Assembly: GCA_002633005.1 (NCBI GenBank)
Contig: NMRA01000241.1
Coordinates: 504,277 to 568,276, forward strand
Origin: Phoronis australis
Lineage: Eukaryota; Animalia; Phoronida
DNA: 64,000 nt
Direction of reading: 5' to 3'
The notes beneath the pieces were generated by a model that was given only the letters and a program-made list of their open reading frames with translations, ran no database searches and had not been told where the DNA came from. This document shows positions 1 to 13,148 of the stretch, in pieces (position 1 is the stretch's first letter; each line of letters opens with the position of its first letter). The translations under genes were made by a program, and so were the position numbers.

Positions 1-455
1 TCTCAATACTTGTCATCAAGCATACGTTTTAGATATGCGAGACGTAAGGTGGGCTGCATTTGGGTAGCACTTTTGTCCGTAGTAACTGAAAATTGTTTCC
101 ATCAGTTATTTTTTGTACTCTGCCTCATATTTTTTTCAAAGTTAGTCAATTTTGATCTGATTTGCAAAAGCCATCTAAATGATTCCAAACACTGGTATTC
201 AGTAATATTCCAACTTTGAGCCTTGGTTGTCGATATGTTCTCTACAGTTCTACAAAAGGTGCAATGAACCAACGCTTTCTGCCAAAAAACAACTTTGATT
301 TATTTGTAAAATAATGATAATCAGGGAAGGGGCTGGACGCACACTGTGACTTTTCAAACAAAGATGACATTACTCGGAAGACATGTGCGCTTTTGAATAA
401 AGCGGTTTATATAGTTCTTGCTTGCTTTTGGATGAAACTGTTGTCTTGGTTACAG

Positions 456-620
456 GGGTAACTTGAAGAAAGCACAGTTGATGGGCTTTGCCTTTGGCTT
501 CTCTCAGTGTGTCATGTTCTTTGCGTATGCAGCTGCGTTTACCTACGGTGCTTGGCTGATTCAGGAGAGTGGGAAGAGTCCAGATGATGACCTCGATGTG
601 GACTTCACTTCTGTAATGAA
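456..620 (+). CDS. ABCB1: ABCB1/P-glycoprotein internal exon (TM11 region); gene 5' part lies upstream of window
   Basis: ttacag|...|gtaggt; translates GNLKKAQLMGFAFGFSQCVMFFAYAAAFTYGAWLIQ..., matching the P-gp TM11 segment; phase joins next exon. Confidence 0.88.
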
Positions 621-1083
621 GTAGGTTGAAGTCAAAGCAGTAACGATTAATTGTGACGAATAGCATTGCTTCGGTCTTTGTGCTCTGGACTCAGTTATGA
701 GGTGAACAATTCTGTTGTCACTGTTTAGTTCACAGGTGTGCCCATGTCTGGTAAGTTGGGTTATTTTAAGAGCAGCTATTTTTAGAACAGCTATTTTTAG
801 AACATCATGTCAGAAATAATAAACTACTTGTTGTGACCAGGGTCGGTACGGGAGGAAACCAAAAAGCAAGCCAACAACCCATGTGTAATTATCTAATAAA
901 ATATCTGAAATTACAAACTATCTGGCCCTCTATGGGTCATGGATGACAGTTCTACAAAACAGTCGTATTTATCTACTCATTTGAAGCAGAAATAAACTAA
1001 ACACATCTTCCATCACAAAATAAATAAATTTTGATTTAGGCCGCGTTCCATTTTGAAATTGGACTGAGTTGTTCTTCAGACAG

Positions 1084-1393
1084 ATTAGAAGAGGGTTGTG
1101 TTAGGATGGGGGTGTTAAGGTTTGGAGAGAGTTGATAGTTTGTTATTAGAAGAGGGTGGTGTTAGGATGGGGGTGTTAGGGCCTGGAGAGAGCTGATAGT
1201 TTGTTATTAGAGGAGGGTGGTGTTAGGATGGGGGTGTTAAGGTTTGGAGAGAGTTGATAGTTTGTTATTAGAAGAGGGTGGTGTTAGGATGGGGGTGTTA
1301 GGGCTTGGAGAGAGTTGATAGTTTGTTATTAGAGGAGGGTGGTGTTAGGATGGGGGTGTTAGGGTTTGGAGAGAGTTGAAATTTTGTTATTAG
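1084..1393. repeat. 61-bp minisatellite, ~5 copies
   Basis: Unit attagaagagggtggtgttaggatgggggtgttagggtttggagagagttgatagtttgtt, repeating at 1084, 1145, etc. Confidence 0.9.
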
Positions 1394-2031
1394 GCTGTGA
1401 AGTTTGGCGTCTCATGGTGTGTCATTCTGGTGTGATCTCATGGTGTGTTGTTCTGTGTTCAGTGTGATCTCATGGTGTGTCGTTCTGTGGGTCAAGAGTG
1501 ATCTCAAGGAATTGTGTACTGTCAGTTCTTTGGAAACACAGAAATCACTTGTCTCCTGATTAAAGAACAAAATTAATGAAAATCAGTTATATAGCAGTGT
1601 GTGGTCTATATCAAAAGTACACTTCTCTGATGGAACGCGAATCTAAATTTTAAAGTTGAAAGTGGGACATTTGGGCTTTAAGAGAAATTTCATGGAAGGT
1701 AGCTTGTAAGAATGATTTTAGGGTAAGTTCATGAAATTCTAAATGACAATGATGGATATTGGAAGTAATTGGATTGTGTAATTTTACTTACATTAACAGT
1801 GTTCTCCAGTGTTTCTCATTACTTTGAGTGAAAGATGTAAGTACTTTGAAAGTACCAAGATGTGGAAAATGACATTGTCTTATTGTCTTGCCTGCTTATG
1901 GACCTGTTATGGAGAGGTATCTTTACACGGATAGTAGTTACAGTATGTCGTACTGAAGTCGCAATTCTCGCTACACCATGACAGTACTGTGGTTATCTCC
2001 CTTGCATAATCTCTTAATGTCCTCTTCACAG

Positions 2032-2188
2032 GGTCTTTTCAGCCATCATCTTTGGCGCCATGGCCCTGGGCCAAGCATCGTCGTTTGCTCCTGACTATGG
2101 AAAGGCCAAGGCTGCTGCCGATCAGATCTTCTTCTTAATGGATTCAGTCCCATCCATCGATGCCTACTCTCAGGAGGGCGAGGTCAAG
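2032..2188 (+). CDS. ABCB1: ABCB1 exon (TM12)
   Basis: cacag|..|gtgagt; [29 protein letters not shown]. Confidence 0.93.
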
Positions 2189-2965
2189 GTGAGTAATGCC
2201 TTGAGGAGGGTCACAGGCCTGAGGCTGAGGTGAAGGTGAATGTTGCCCCAGGTATAGTCACAGGCCTGAGGGCGATGTCAAGGTGAACTTCATCCCAGGG
2301 AGAGTCACAAGCCCACCATTGTGGTGCCACTGTGTTAACGAGTTATTTGGCAAGGTGGACATTCTTATTGAAATGTTTAAATTACACTTTGGCGTTATGT
2401 GAGTTACATATTGGTTACCAGAAGCACTTGGTTGTTGAAAATGTTTTAAATCATGTAAACAGTTTTGCAGAGTTTTTATCCATTTGATTGCTCTGTTTTG
2501 CTTCCTGTCACAATGTATTGACCAATGTATTGACCAATGTATTGACCAATCCAGAGTTAAAGTATGCTGGTTTAACTGAATCACCAATTTCAACACATTC
2601 CATAAAAATGATTTTCAGCGCAAGTGCAAATGCAGGAAACATTATTTTGAAAGCAGTGCCCCGTTGTCGAAATGTTTTTTTTTGTTTACTAAATGAATAT
2701 CGTGTAGCAGTAAACTGGTAACTTGGAAGCATTCAAGAAAAAACAGATAGTTTGTGTCAAGGATCAGAATTGGTTTCAGCTTTTAGGATGTGGGCATTTA
2801 GAGTGAGCCTATGTGTGATGTTGCTATTGCATCTTAGATAAACAAGTGTATGTTATTAATAAGTGTATGTTATTAAAATGTATCGTGTTTTCAAACATGG
2901 TCAGTTTCCCTGTGTGTCAGATAATGTTGAACTGCACCTTCATACAAAACTGTTGGTAATTGTAG

Positions 2966-3163
2966 AGCAAGACAGACGGTAATATTGAGTTCAAAGACAT
3001 CCATTTCCGTTACCCGACGCGTCCTGGTGTTCCCATCTTGCGTGGTCTCAACGTGTCTGTCTCTGCTGGAGAGACCTTGGCCCTGGTTGGCTCTAGTGGA
3101 TGTGGAAAGTCGACCAGTGTTGCGCTTACTGAGCGCTTCTACGATCCTTGCGCTGGTCACGTG
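2966..3163 (+). CDS. ABCB1: ABCB1 exon, NBD2 Walker A
   Basis: [16 protein letters not shown]...[24 protein letters not shown]; AG/GT boundaries. Confidence 0.95.
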
Positions 3164-3339
3164 GTGCGTTAGATGTAAAATGATGAATGCATTGTTGTCA
3201 TTTTCCAGATCTTGTCAGTTAAAGATACAGGAATTCTAAGGAATAAAAATTCAGAACGTTGATTTGAAGGCATTGCATGTGCTGGTTATGAAGAATGTAG
3301 TGGAGTTAGCCTTATGTGGGAGTGTCCATCAACAATAAT

Positions 3340-3732
3340 TTATTAATATATCTTTTTCAGTGAGGCGTGGAAATATGTTGCGAACAGTTTGTCCTGTCAG
3401 TACGTCATTCTTTTTGGTCACATCACGTGACCTTATGAATATAAGTCCAAAAAGATTTCTGCCCCCGACCGGGACTCGAACCCAGGACCTTCTGCTAATC
3501 GTGCAGACGCTTTCGCCACTGAGCCATCGGGACCATTGGTCAAACACAGAAATCCAATAAGACAGTGGGCATCTCACCCTTGATCTCCATTGATTGTATA
3601 AATATATTTGTGTTTTACCAGTGGTCCTCATGGCTCTGTGGCTAGAGCGTCTGCACAGTTAGCAGAAGGTCCTGGGTTGGAGTGATGTCACCAAAAAAGA
3701 TGGCGGGCTGACAGGACAAAATGTTCGCAACA
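3340..3732. mobile_element. Palindromic non-autonomous element with two divergent tRNA-like units
   Basis: Arms 3376-3426 and ~3682-3732 are reverse complements; tRNA-like units at 3460-3533 (-) and 3624-3679 (+, truncated); flanked by caacaataat at 3330 and 3728. Confidence 0.75.
3460..3533 (-). pseudogene. tRNA-derived Pol III unit (cloverleaf, non-canonical anticodon loop)
   Basis: GTCCCGA-TG-GCTCAGTGGCGAAAGC-G-TCTGC-ACGATTA-GCAGA-AGGTC-CTGGG-TTCGAGT-CCCGG-TCGGGGGCA; A box, B box and T5 terminator downstream; lacks U33. Confidence 0.7.
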
Positions 3733-4871
3733 ATAATCTAGTGGAGTTAGCAGTATGTGGCAGTGTCTGTCAACAATAGTCTAATGGAAGTAGTCTTATG
3801 TGGTAGTATCCATCAACAATAATCTAGTGGAGTTAGCAGTATGTGGGAGGGTTAGTCAACAATACCAAATGAATTAACAGTGAGTGCTGCCCTAAAATGT
3901 CAAAACTTCTTGAAATCTGAGCCTTTGGTCAGCAAATTATTTTATATATATTGAGTTAACACGCTGTTCCATTTGTATTTGAAGACCTAATTGATGGAAG
4001 TCTGATGTTGTGTAATTTTCCCAAGCAAGATGAAGTGCCGGACTATTGTATTGCACATATATGTGCTGCAACACCAGTATTATGGATTAGTTTACTGTCA
4101 TGAGATTAGAACAGTCGTACAATTTGACACGAGACTGCACTGACATCAATTAGAGACATTTGTCTATTAAAGCCTATCTTGAATGGTAACACTTGTACAT
4201 TTGGATCCTACAGTATATTAAGAGCATTGCTTTGAGCCCACTAGTTCCATAAATTGTCAAATGTAACAAACTGTTAGGCGTATTGGTTTGCTTTTGTCTA
4301 TGATTGCGAGAATCACCTTTTAATTCAGACAGCTGCGAATAACACCCGCACGTAATGATGTTCTATTCAGGCCCCTATTCAGTAGACTATTATCGCCTTT
4401 TGTTGTTTGTGCAGGGATCTCGCGGTTACGCAATAAAGCACGAAAAGGTGACTTCACTTATCCTTTGACGGGCCTACTTTTGCGTGCTTAAACTCGCGTT
4501 TTCTTATTTTGCTAAGGCTTTGCTAGGAGTACCTGGTTAGCCCAATACATCTAAAATAACAAAATTCCACTGAAGTTAGGCGTTAAGAGCGTTAAGACTG
4601 CACTGCCATCAGCTAGAGAGTTATCTATCAAGAGAGTAAATTATACATGCAGCATTTTATTTAACCTAAATATTTTGTTAAAGGATGTTAGGATCAAATA
4701 ATACTGCATGGTTAATGGTGTGACCTGAAGGGTAAAGGTCATAGTTGACTACTGACAAACAGTACTGGGTGAATCAAATGTTGTGTGCCTTTCTGTAGAT
4801 CCTATATTACTCATGGAGTAGAGGCGAAGTCACTGATTTTATGCCCATTCCATTTCTTTGACTATATTTAG

Positions 4872-5078
4872 ATGCTGGATGGTAGTGACTTGAAAAATCT
4901 CAACGTGAGTTGGCTGAGGTCACAGGTTGGCATCGTGTCGCAGGAACCCATGCTGTTTGACCGCAGTATCCGTGACAACATCGCTTATGGTGACAACTCT
5001 CGGGACATACCAATGGCTGACATCATAGAGGCAGCACGCAATGCCAACATCCATAGCTTCATTGAGAACTTGCCAAAT
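4872..5078 (+). CDS. ABCB1: ABCB1 exon, NBD2 Q-loop
   Basis: [31 protein letters not shown]; AG/GT boundaries. Confidence 0.95.
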
Positions 5079-5545
5079 GTAAGTTGAAGTGCTGGTGGTT
5101 CGTAGGAGTCGTGTGGGGGGGGCTTTGTAGGGGGAGGGGGGTTTGTAGGTCTGGTCTTGAAGATCTGCGAGCACTGATATGGAACATTTCTGGAAGTTGG
5201 TTGTCAAATTCATGAACAAACTAGCAGTTACATTATTATTTCTTGACTTGGAAAATAGTACATTGTTGACATCATAAATAAGTGTGAGATCACACAAAAT
5301 GTAATATGCTTAGTAAATGACATAACTTTGTTGTTATCTTGGTGTGAAGCGAGTATGAACATTGTTGTATGTCATCCGTGTATGAGCTGGGCCGCTGGTC
5401 CGTGTATGAGCTGGGCCACTGGTCCGTGTATGAGCTGGGCCGCTGGTGTGAAATATAAAGAAACTGTGTCACCTTCAGCTCGTACGTGACCTAAACTGTA
5501 TGTGCTCATATTACATTGCTTAAAGTGTATGTGTTCGTAATACAG

Positions 5546-5692
5546 GGCTACGAGACGAGTGTAGGAGACAAGGGCACCCAGCTATCTGGTGGTCAGAAGC
5601 AACGCATTGCTATCGCTCGGGCTCTAGTGAGGAACCCCAAGATACTCCTACTTGATGAGGCTACCTCGGCCCTCGATACTGAGAGTGAAAGG
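5546..5692 (+). CDS. ABCB1: ABCB1 exon, ABC signature and Walker B
   Basis: [49 protein letters not shown]. Confidence 0.96.
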
Positions 5693-6995
5693 GTAGGTCT
5701 TAGCTGGAAAGTGCCACGCAATGTATCACTTCATAACATTCCTTTGCGCATCCTGCCAACTTCTGCATTTGGATTTTTGTATATGCTTCCGTAGAAGCAA
5801 AGTAAGCACGGTAAAACATTCACTTATCTGATCACATCACTTTGAAAGATTTTGTCTGAGTTCTTTAAAATCTAACTTATCTGAAGGGCTATGTGCATCG
5901 ACTACTCCACAACCTAAAAGAAAGCAAACAAAATGACGCCTTATTCTGCGTCCTAACAGTTGAGTGCAAACGGAACAAAATACTGTGATGGTTCAGTATA
6001 AGCGAAATTCACCGTCGTAGCAGTCATTTGTCATGACAGGTAATTTAAGTGAAGTGGAAAAGTTAATATAATATGTACTATTCCTTTAATTTGTATCTAA
6101 TCAGTTGTAAACAAACTTGGTGTTATATTTAAAAGATTCACTGGGCCACTGTTACAGTACTTAGGACCCTCACTGCCACATTACTGCAAAAGAGAGTTTT
6201 TCCCCCGCTATTGGAATTTGACACAGTTAAAAACTGATTCATGTACACATGTTGTACAACATGTAATTACATTTTTGCCTGAATTTCACATCGTTTGAAA
6301 TTTTTGATACCTGTTCTGCTGTTTACAACACCAGCTCGTTGACCTAGGCTTTCTCTTTGATGTGTAATAAGCAGCCACTTTCATCAGTAACGAGTCTCAA
6401 TTCTGCATGAATATGTAGCGGGATTGCATTTTTTATACATTCATGTTTTTATGATATAATTTCCAAATGCAAGGTGTCAAAAATGTTTGGATGAACAAAA
6501 TCAGAACACTAGCGTTTGGGAAAATTTTGCCGTTCTTGATCTGAAACAGAGGTTGGTTGGGTTACTTACTTTGAATTTATTCACTGTTTGGTGTCTTTCC
6601 ACCCATCCTTCCGTGAAGTTATTCATAGATAAATTTGAATGAAGAATAATTGTGTTTATACTCCATGATTTGTGTCTTGAATTTGTTAAGGTGTGACAAC
6701 ACCTAGTAATAATGTTATCCGTCTTTGGTATGCACAATCAAACGGTATGTTCCGAAGCCCAGCATATAGCACATTAAGGCAGTGAATTAATAATATACGG
6801 TGTTTGTGCTTGTGATAATAGTAAGGATGCTGGTCGTGGGTACTCTTATGGTTGGGCTTGTGATAATAGTAAGGATACTGGTCGTGGGTACTCTTCTTAT
6901 GTTTTGGGCTTGTGAAAGTAGTAAGGGTGCTGGTCATGGGTACTCTTCTTTGGTTTTATGCCTGCTTGATTTTTGTGACATTTTTCTATTGTTAG

Positions 6996-7196
6996 ATTGT
7001 TCAAGAGGCATTGGACAAAGCGCGGGAAGGACGCACATCCATTGTCATCGCTCACCGCCTGTCCACCATTCAGAATGCCGACAAGATCGCTGTCATTCAC
7101 CGTGGCAAAGTAGCCGAGATCGGCACACACAGCCAACTGTTGGCTAAGCAGGGTCTCTACTATAAACTGAATAATGCCCAGTTGTTCCAGAAATAG
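6996..7196 (+). CDS. ABCB1: ABCB1 terminal coding exon (H-loop, stop)
   Basis: [31 protein letters not shown]...QLFQK*; candidate AATAAA signals near 9573 and 9752. Confidence 0.95.
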   Translation: MVQEALDKAREGRTSIVIAHRLSTIQNADKIAVIHRGKVAEIGTHSQLLAKQGLYYKLNNAQLFQK

Positions 7197-9809
7197 ACCA
7201 TGACTGACACGTATTACGCAGGGGACTAACATTTAATATCTACCTACTGTATTTTTTGTAAAATGTTACCTTAAAGTTACTCAATTGCTCTATTATTGTT
7301 TTTACTTATTAACATAAGCATTATTGTAGTCGTGTTTGAAGAAATACCTTGAACATCTTATATAGTAACCCCGCTCTTGGGTTTTTGCTGTATCATGCCC
7401 GGTCTTGCAGGCATTGTGGATTAGCAGTGATATGATAAACATCAGGGCTTTGGAGTAGTCCTGTCTTGAGACTGGTGTCAAACCATTGTTGTTGTACTGG
7501 AGAACAGGTGTGAATTATCTACCTGTGTGGAACATTTGCTGATGAGCAGGCTCTCATTTTTTGACACTTAAGTCATCGACATTGTTTCCCTCATTTTTTG
7601 TGGTACTTAAGGTGTTAAACTAAATTTTCCCAATGTTTTGATACGTGTCTTGATGAATGTGTATCTAGTCTTATTTCCAGTGGCATGTTGTGAGGATCAT
7701 TCTGTTATAGATTGAAGTGTCATTCCTGAGACTTTCTAGGGTTTCACAGTTTTCATTTACACGATGTATTTTATTAGCGAAACGAGTAAACCCAAAAAGG
7801 TGTCAGTATAGAAAGTTTATTCAGCAAATGAGAGTTGGTCTTTTTGTATCGATTTGTTCAATTTAAATTTTACAAGTTGGTGACAGATTATCAAATTATG
7901 TGTTTTGTTTGTAAAGCCTATAGTTTTAAGCACTTTAACATCAAACGTGATTTTAAGTAACCTTATGTGACGTCAGCGGTTGTGGTACGCTGAAGTTTGA
8001 GATATTGTAACAGTTGTGATTTTCAAGTTTTGCTTGTGGGGCTTGGTGTACTATAAAGGAGTTATTATGCTTACTCAATAGACTTCAATGTAAACTTGTT
8101 TTGTAATTCATCTCAGTATTGCTTAATCTCACCAGCAAGTTTTAATTTTGATAGTGGTCAGTTTTTACAATTTCCACCTGTTTATTGCTTGTCCTTGTCA
8201 TGTAAGCAAAAACTTCTACACCATTTGTAGTTGCTTGCATTGGTTTTGCAGTTGTTGCTAATATCTGTGTAATGTCAACCTATGATTGTAATCCCACATG
8301 CAAATGAAATTTCCAGAAGTTGTTTAATACCACTCCAATTTTTCAGAATGTAGATTTCCATGTATATAGTGTCAGAGTTTGGAAATGATCTCTTGGCCGT
8401 GTTTCTAAATTCAGGCAGTGATCCCCTTAACCCCAGTTCCAGACCAACAAACACCAAACCCGCGGTACAAATTTCTAGACCCACACCCCTGAACTCCATA
8501 CACACTCTAAAGAAAAACATAACTATCACAACGATGAGATTCACGTTCACTGACTAAATTCCAAATCTTGGTAGCTGTCACTTGAAAATTTAGTTTTGAG
8601 TAATACTGAGCATTTGACATTTTTAATTTTATTAATGCATTTTCTTACTGGTTGCCTATTACACATTTCAACTGGTGTCATCCTAGTGCATGATTAGTCA
8701 GTGTGGAACCGCAATAGTTCAGCAATTTATTTTCTGATATGACACGATTCACAACACTGGTACAGCACAGGACATACACAGCCTCGGCACTAATACTCTG
8801 AAGCCCACTGGTATGGAACATTGTCAGTGTGTTTCTAGAATTTAGGAGTTTGGGTCTGGAGTTGTGTACGTTCCATGGGTTTGGTGTCTGCTGGTCTAGG
8901 ACTGGTGTTTACAGGGTTGTAACTGGCGTGTTCATTTCAATCTCTTGATTATTGAAGATATTGGAGTATTTTTATTGAAGTATTAACTTTGGTACAAGTC
9001 GTTATTACATTAATATGTACTGTTGTTGGCCTACAATTACCATGTTTACCGGTGGTAATACAGTAGACAGCCAATGATAGTCATTTTTGTATGAAGTGCA
9101 CTTGATGCTTGAGAATTTGTACTTTGAACTTTTGTATCACTTAAATATCCAAGGAATGTTGCAGTTCACTACTTACCTGAGCAAATTGCTTGCTGTATGA
9201 AGCTTACAGGTTTTTAACTGTAGTCACCTTGCCCAATCGACGCTGCAAGTCAACTACAACAGCCTGGGGGGCCATCTAGTGGTTGTCAGGTCCAAATAAT
9301 TACTGGGCAGAGTCAACTAATTTGATGCGTGAACTTATTTGTGAGAAGAGCCATTGTGTATGCAATGTTGAGTTCTTAAACTAAGATTAGAGATGTATTT
9401 ATTGTTAAAAGGCAGACCTTCATTAGTTATGTGACTTGCACTGTCTGTAATTTCTCTGTATTCTTTGATTGTGTTTGTTGTGGACTAAATATACTTAGTT
9501 TCCCGGAATTGTTTGGTGACTTTATTGGACATGTGCAGAACTGTGTGACACGTGAATTTTGAAATGATGAAAATAAAATAACGAGGCGACACAGAGTACA
9601 TTGAACCCACAAAATAGGAATGTGTCTTTAAGAAAACTTATTTCCCAAATTTCATGGAAATCCATCAAGAAATAAGCTGAATTGACACTAAGGGGGGCCA
9701 CTGTACTTAAACCCATACAAAAATCAATGTAAGCTATGCTAGTCTTGATGAAATAAAATTTCATACTGATCCTTCAAGTGTTTTGTCGATAGGCAAGACG
9801 CAAAAACAA

Positions 9810-10410
9810 CGTGTGCATCTCACTATAGTGCAGATACTAGGATAATGTGCGCATCGCATGTAGTGCAGATACAAGAACATGTGCATCACATATAGTGCAG
9901 AGACAAGAACATGTGCATCGCATGTAGTGCAGATGCAAGAACATGTACATCACATACAGTGGAGATACAAGAACGTGTGTATCACCTATACTGCAGATAC
10001 AAGAACGTGTGCATCACATATAGTGCAGATACAAGAACATGTGCATCACATAGTGCAGATACAAGAACGTGTGCATCACATAGTGCAGATACAAGAATGT
10101 GTGCATCACATATAGTGCAGATACAAGAACATGTGCATCACAAATAGTGTAGATACAAAAACGTGAGCATCACATACAGTGCAAATATAAGAATGTGTGC
10201 ATCATATATAATGCAGATATAAGAACGTGTGCATCACATATAGTACAGATTCAAGAACGTGTGCATCACATATAGTGCAGATACAAGAACGTGTGCATCA
10301 CATATAGTGCAGATACAAGAACGTGTGCATCACATATAGTGCAGATACAAGAACGTGTGCATTACATATAGAGCAGATACATGAACGTGAGCAACGCATA
10401 TAGAGCAGAC
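9810..10410. repeat. ~30-bp minisatellite
   Basis: Unit tagtgcagatacaagaacgtgtgcatcacata with 28-30 bp variants, ~19 copies. Confidence 0.9.
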
Positions 10411-10439
10411 ACAATTTATGATCCGTATTTCGAACATTC

Positions 10440-11185
10440 CCACTAAAGGAAACAATTGCCAATGTGGGATGCACAGCGTTTCAACAATGCTTTCCTCAAT
10501 ACGAACACACTTGCCAACGTCAAAAAAACTAAAATTGCCACTAGGGGTCACAATCCTAGTCAAATGCGTACATAAGTCGTCATCATCCATTGTCCTCTTC
10601 TCAGAAATACACTTGCCAAATTTTACAAAGATCCTGCAGGGGTTTAGGAAAACAGCTACGGAGGTGAAAAAGCAAAACTGCCACTAGGGGGTGCCACAGC
10701 AGTTGAAAATGTCCAAAAATCAATGTCGACCATCCTCTTTACCATAGGATCACATACACCAATTTTCATAATAACAATAATCAAAGGCAGCCACTAGGAG
10801 TCATGTACTTAGTCAGGGGTGTCGTCACCCCATTGAGCCCTGTTTGTAAAATTTCATTAAAAATCTGTCAAGACACTCCAAAGATAGAGAAAAAGCAGAA
10901 AAAAGTAAAATAACAAGGAGGCACACCGGCAGTCGGATACACTCAAAAGTTGCCGTCATCTGTAGTCACCTTCATTCAAATACACTTGCCAAATTTAGCT
11001 CACATCCAAAATACAGCACATCCATTGACAACAGGAAGGTAGAATCATCTCTCTAACAGATACTTATTTGCCAAATTTCATGAAACTTTCTTAACCGGAC
11101 AGGCGCTCATCACCAGACACTAGACAGAACAACAAACAATGCCTGCAGCATAATGAACTCTTACACAAATACGTGGGTGCATAAA
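10440..11185 (+). mobile_element. Decayed interspersed repeat, Helentron-associated (HINE/DINE-1-like) family
   Basis: Recurrent ccactagggg / ccaaatttcatgaa motifs shared with 35700-36040, 38750-39290 and 60120-60792. Confidence 0.5.
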
Positions 11186-11619
11186 AGGGCCAGTAGGGAG
11201 GGGGTGCAGATTACATAGAATCTTTCAGAAAAATGAGATGTCATCGTCTACAAGGTAGAAACAAAATTGCCAAAATTCATGAAAAACCGCCACGCAATTG
11301 TATATACAGAGGCTAATGTAAAAAAATTATTGGGGGGCAAAGCGTCAGTCGAATCCATCCAAACATTTGTTTGTGCCGTTTCATTCGTGGATGGAGTATT
11401 CAAGGCTTCATCTACAAGTAGCAATGGACGACATGGTTCTACCAAATCCCAGAGTTAGGACGTTAAACTGTAGTAAGATACCAGAGTTTGCATATAATAG
11501 ATATCTTATGAAAGTCACCATGGTAACATAATGATACCTAATAATTACACCTGCAACAAAATAGTCTTTCTGACTCTGGCTTTAACCAAGATCCTCTGCA
11601 CTTCATGCATTCAGTCTAG

Positions 11620-12200
11620 TCCACTGAGCCAGTAGGACAAATCATGAGATGGTGATAGTTCACTGAGCCAGTAGGACAAGTCATGAGATGGTGACAGTTC
11701 ACTGAGCCAGTAGGACATGTCATGAGATGGTGACAGTCCACTGAGCCAGTATGACAAGTCCTGGGATGGTGATAGTTCACTGAGCCAGTAGGATATGTTG
11801 TGAGATGGTGACAGTCCACTGAGCCAGTAGGACATGTCATAAGATGGTGACAGTCCACTGATCCAGTAGGATAAGTCATGAGATGGTGATAGTTCAATGA
11901 GCCGGTAGGACATGTCATGAGATGGTGATAATTCACTGAGCCAGTAGGATATGTCATGAGATGGTGACAGTCCACTGAGCCAGTAGGACAAATCATGAGA
12001 TGATGATAGTTCACTGAGCCAGTAGGACAAGTCATGAGATGGTGATAGTTCACTGGGTCATTAAGACATGTCATGAGATGGTGTCAGTCCACTGAGTCAG
12101 TAGGACATGTCATGAGATGGTGATAGTTCACTGGGTCATTAAGACATGTCATGAGATGGTGACAGTCACTGAGCCACTAGGACATGTCATGAGATGGTGA
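11620..12200. repeat. 39-bp minisatellite, ~15 copies
   Basis: Unit gtcatgagatggtgacagtccactgagccagtaggacat. Confidence 0.92.
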
Positions 12201-12359
12201 CCAAGTCGCACGAGGTATCTAATTGATCTTACAAATGACATTTGCGGAAACACAACCCTAAGTGCTGAACTAACACCCCCATGTGCTGAACTGAGAACAG
12301 AAAAACTAGTCTACGTTAAAATTTTCATCAGCTTTATTGCTTCATTACTAAACTCGTTG

Positions 12360-12521
12360 TCACCTTTTCATAAACTTTGCAATAAAAAAACCTAGAGTGT
12401 CATTATCAACAGTCCCAAGGTCAATTTGTGACAGACAGGAGGGGTCAAATCTTTGAAGAAGGGGGAGCTGTTCAGTGGCCAGTTGTGACCCCTCCAGACC
12501 ATCTCCTCCCAGCTTGGGTTC
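12360..12521 (-). CDS. NSUN6: NSUN6 terminal coding exon
   Basis: EPKLGGDGL...LQRFDP...DTLGFFIAKFMKR*; AATAAA on minus strand at ~12333-12338. Confidence 0.92.
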   Translation of the reverse strand, partial: EPKLGGDGLEGSQLATEQLPLLQRFDPSCLSQIDLGTVDNDTLGFFIAKFMKR

Positions 12522-13148
12522 CTGAAAATGTAAAGAATTAAGACTAGAGGGTGAAGATAGCATTTCCATTTCAAAAAAACTAGCTTCTGCAGGCCATGTG
12601 GTGCAAAAATGATGAGAAAAAAAACAGTTAAATCTCAACAAGTATTGCTGCAAAATTAATAACTGAGGTAAAAAGAAGTAAGTCCCATCAAACAGTTTAT
12701 TAGTTCAGACATTCAAATTCTGACTTGCAAACACCGAGTCTAAATGTATACAGGAATAGTACTCAAACCCTTGCCATAGGCCTCGGAACATTTACTGTGA
12801 GAGGCCAATCATTGTCACTCTCCACAAAACATCAAACACTGCAAGAACTCTTGCCACACACCTCAGGAATTCTGAGCATACACAAAGAATCCTGATCACA
12901 GAAGCTGAACACCAGTTGTTCAAATTCAGTGTACCTGCGGCTGGTTGTAGATGACGACAGGAGGTAAAACGTGTTTGTGTGTGGCAGAGTTCTTGTGATT
13001 CACAGTAAGTCTCAAGTGTTCCTTTAAACTTAGTAAGAAATATGCTTTGAACACCAAACTGAATGATGAAACATAGAGCAGTCTAGCTATAACAAAACTT
13101 GATGGTAATACAGCCAAAGAGGTAACACGCAGCCCAACTACACTGTAC

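Noticed and set aside
3460-3533. Functional tRNA-Ile(GAT) gene
   Set aside because: The anticodon loop lacks the conserved pyrimidine-32/U33, the first acceptor pair mismatches, GAT is rare in animals, and it lies within a palindromic repeat.
11611-12074. 139- and 152-aa repetitive ORFs (also 14646-15032 and 21680-21874)
   Set aside because: Open frames arise from repeat units with lengths divisible by 3; no splice or homology support.
9810-12200. Regular 30- and 39-bp repeats as a CRISPR array
   Set aside because: Head-to-tail units with no unique spacers, no cas genes, eukaryotic context; these are minisatellites.
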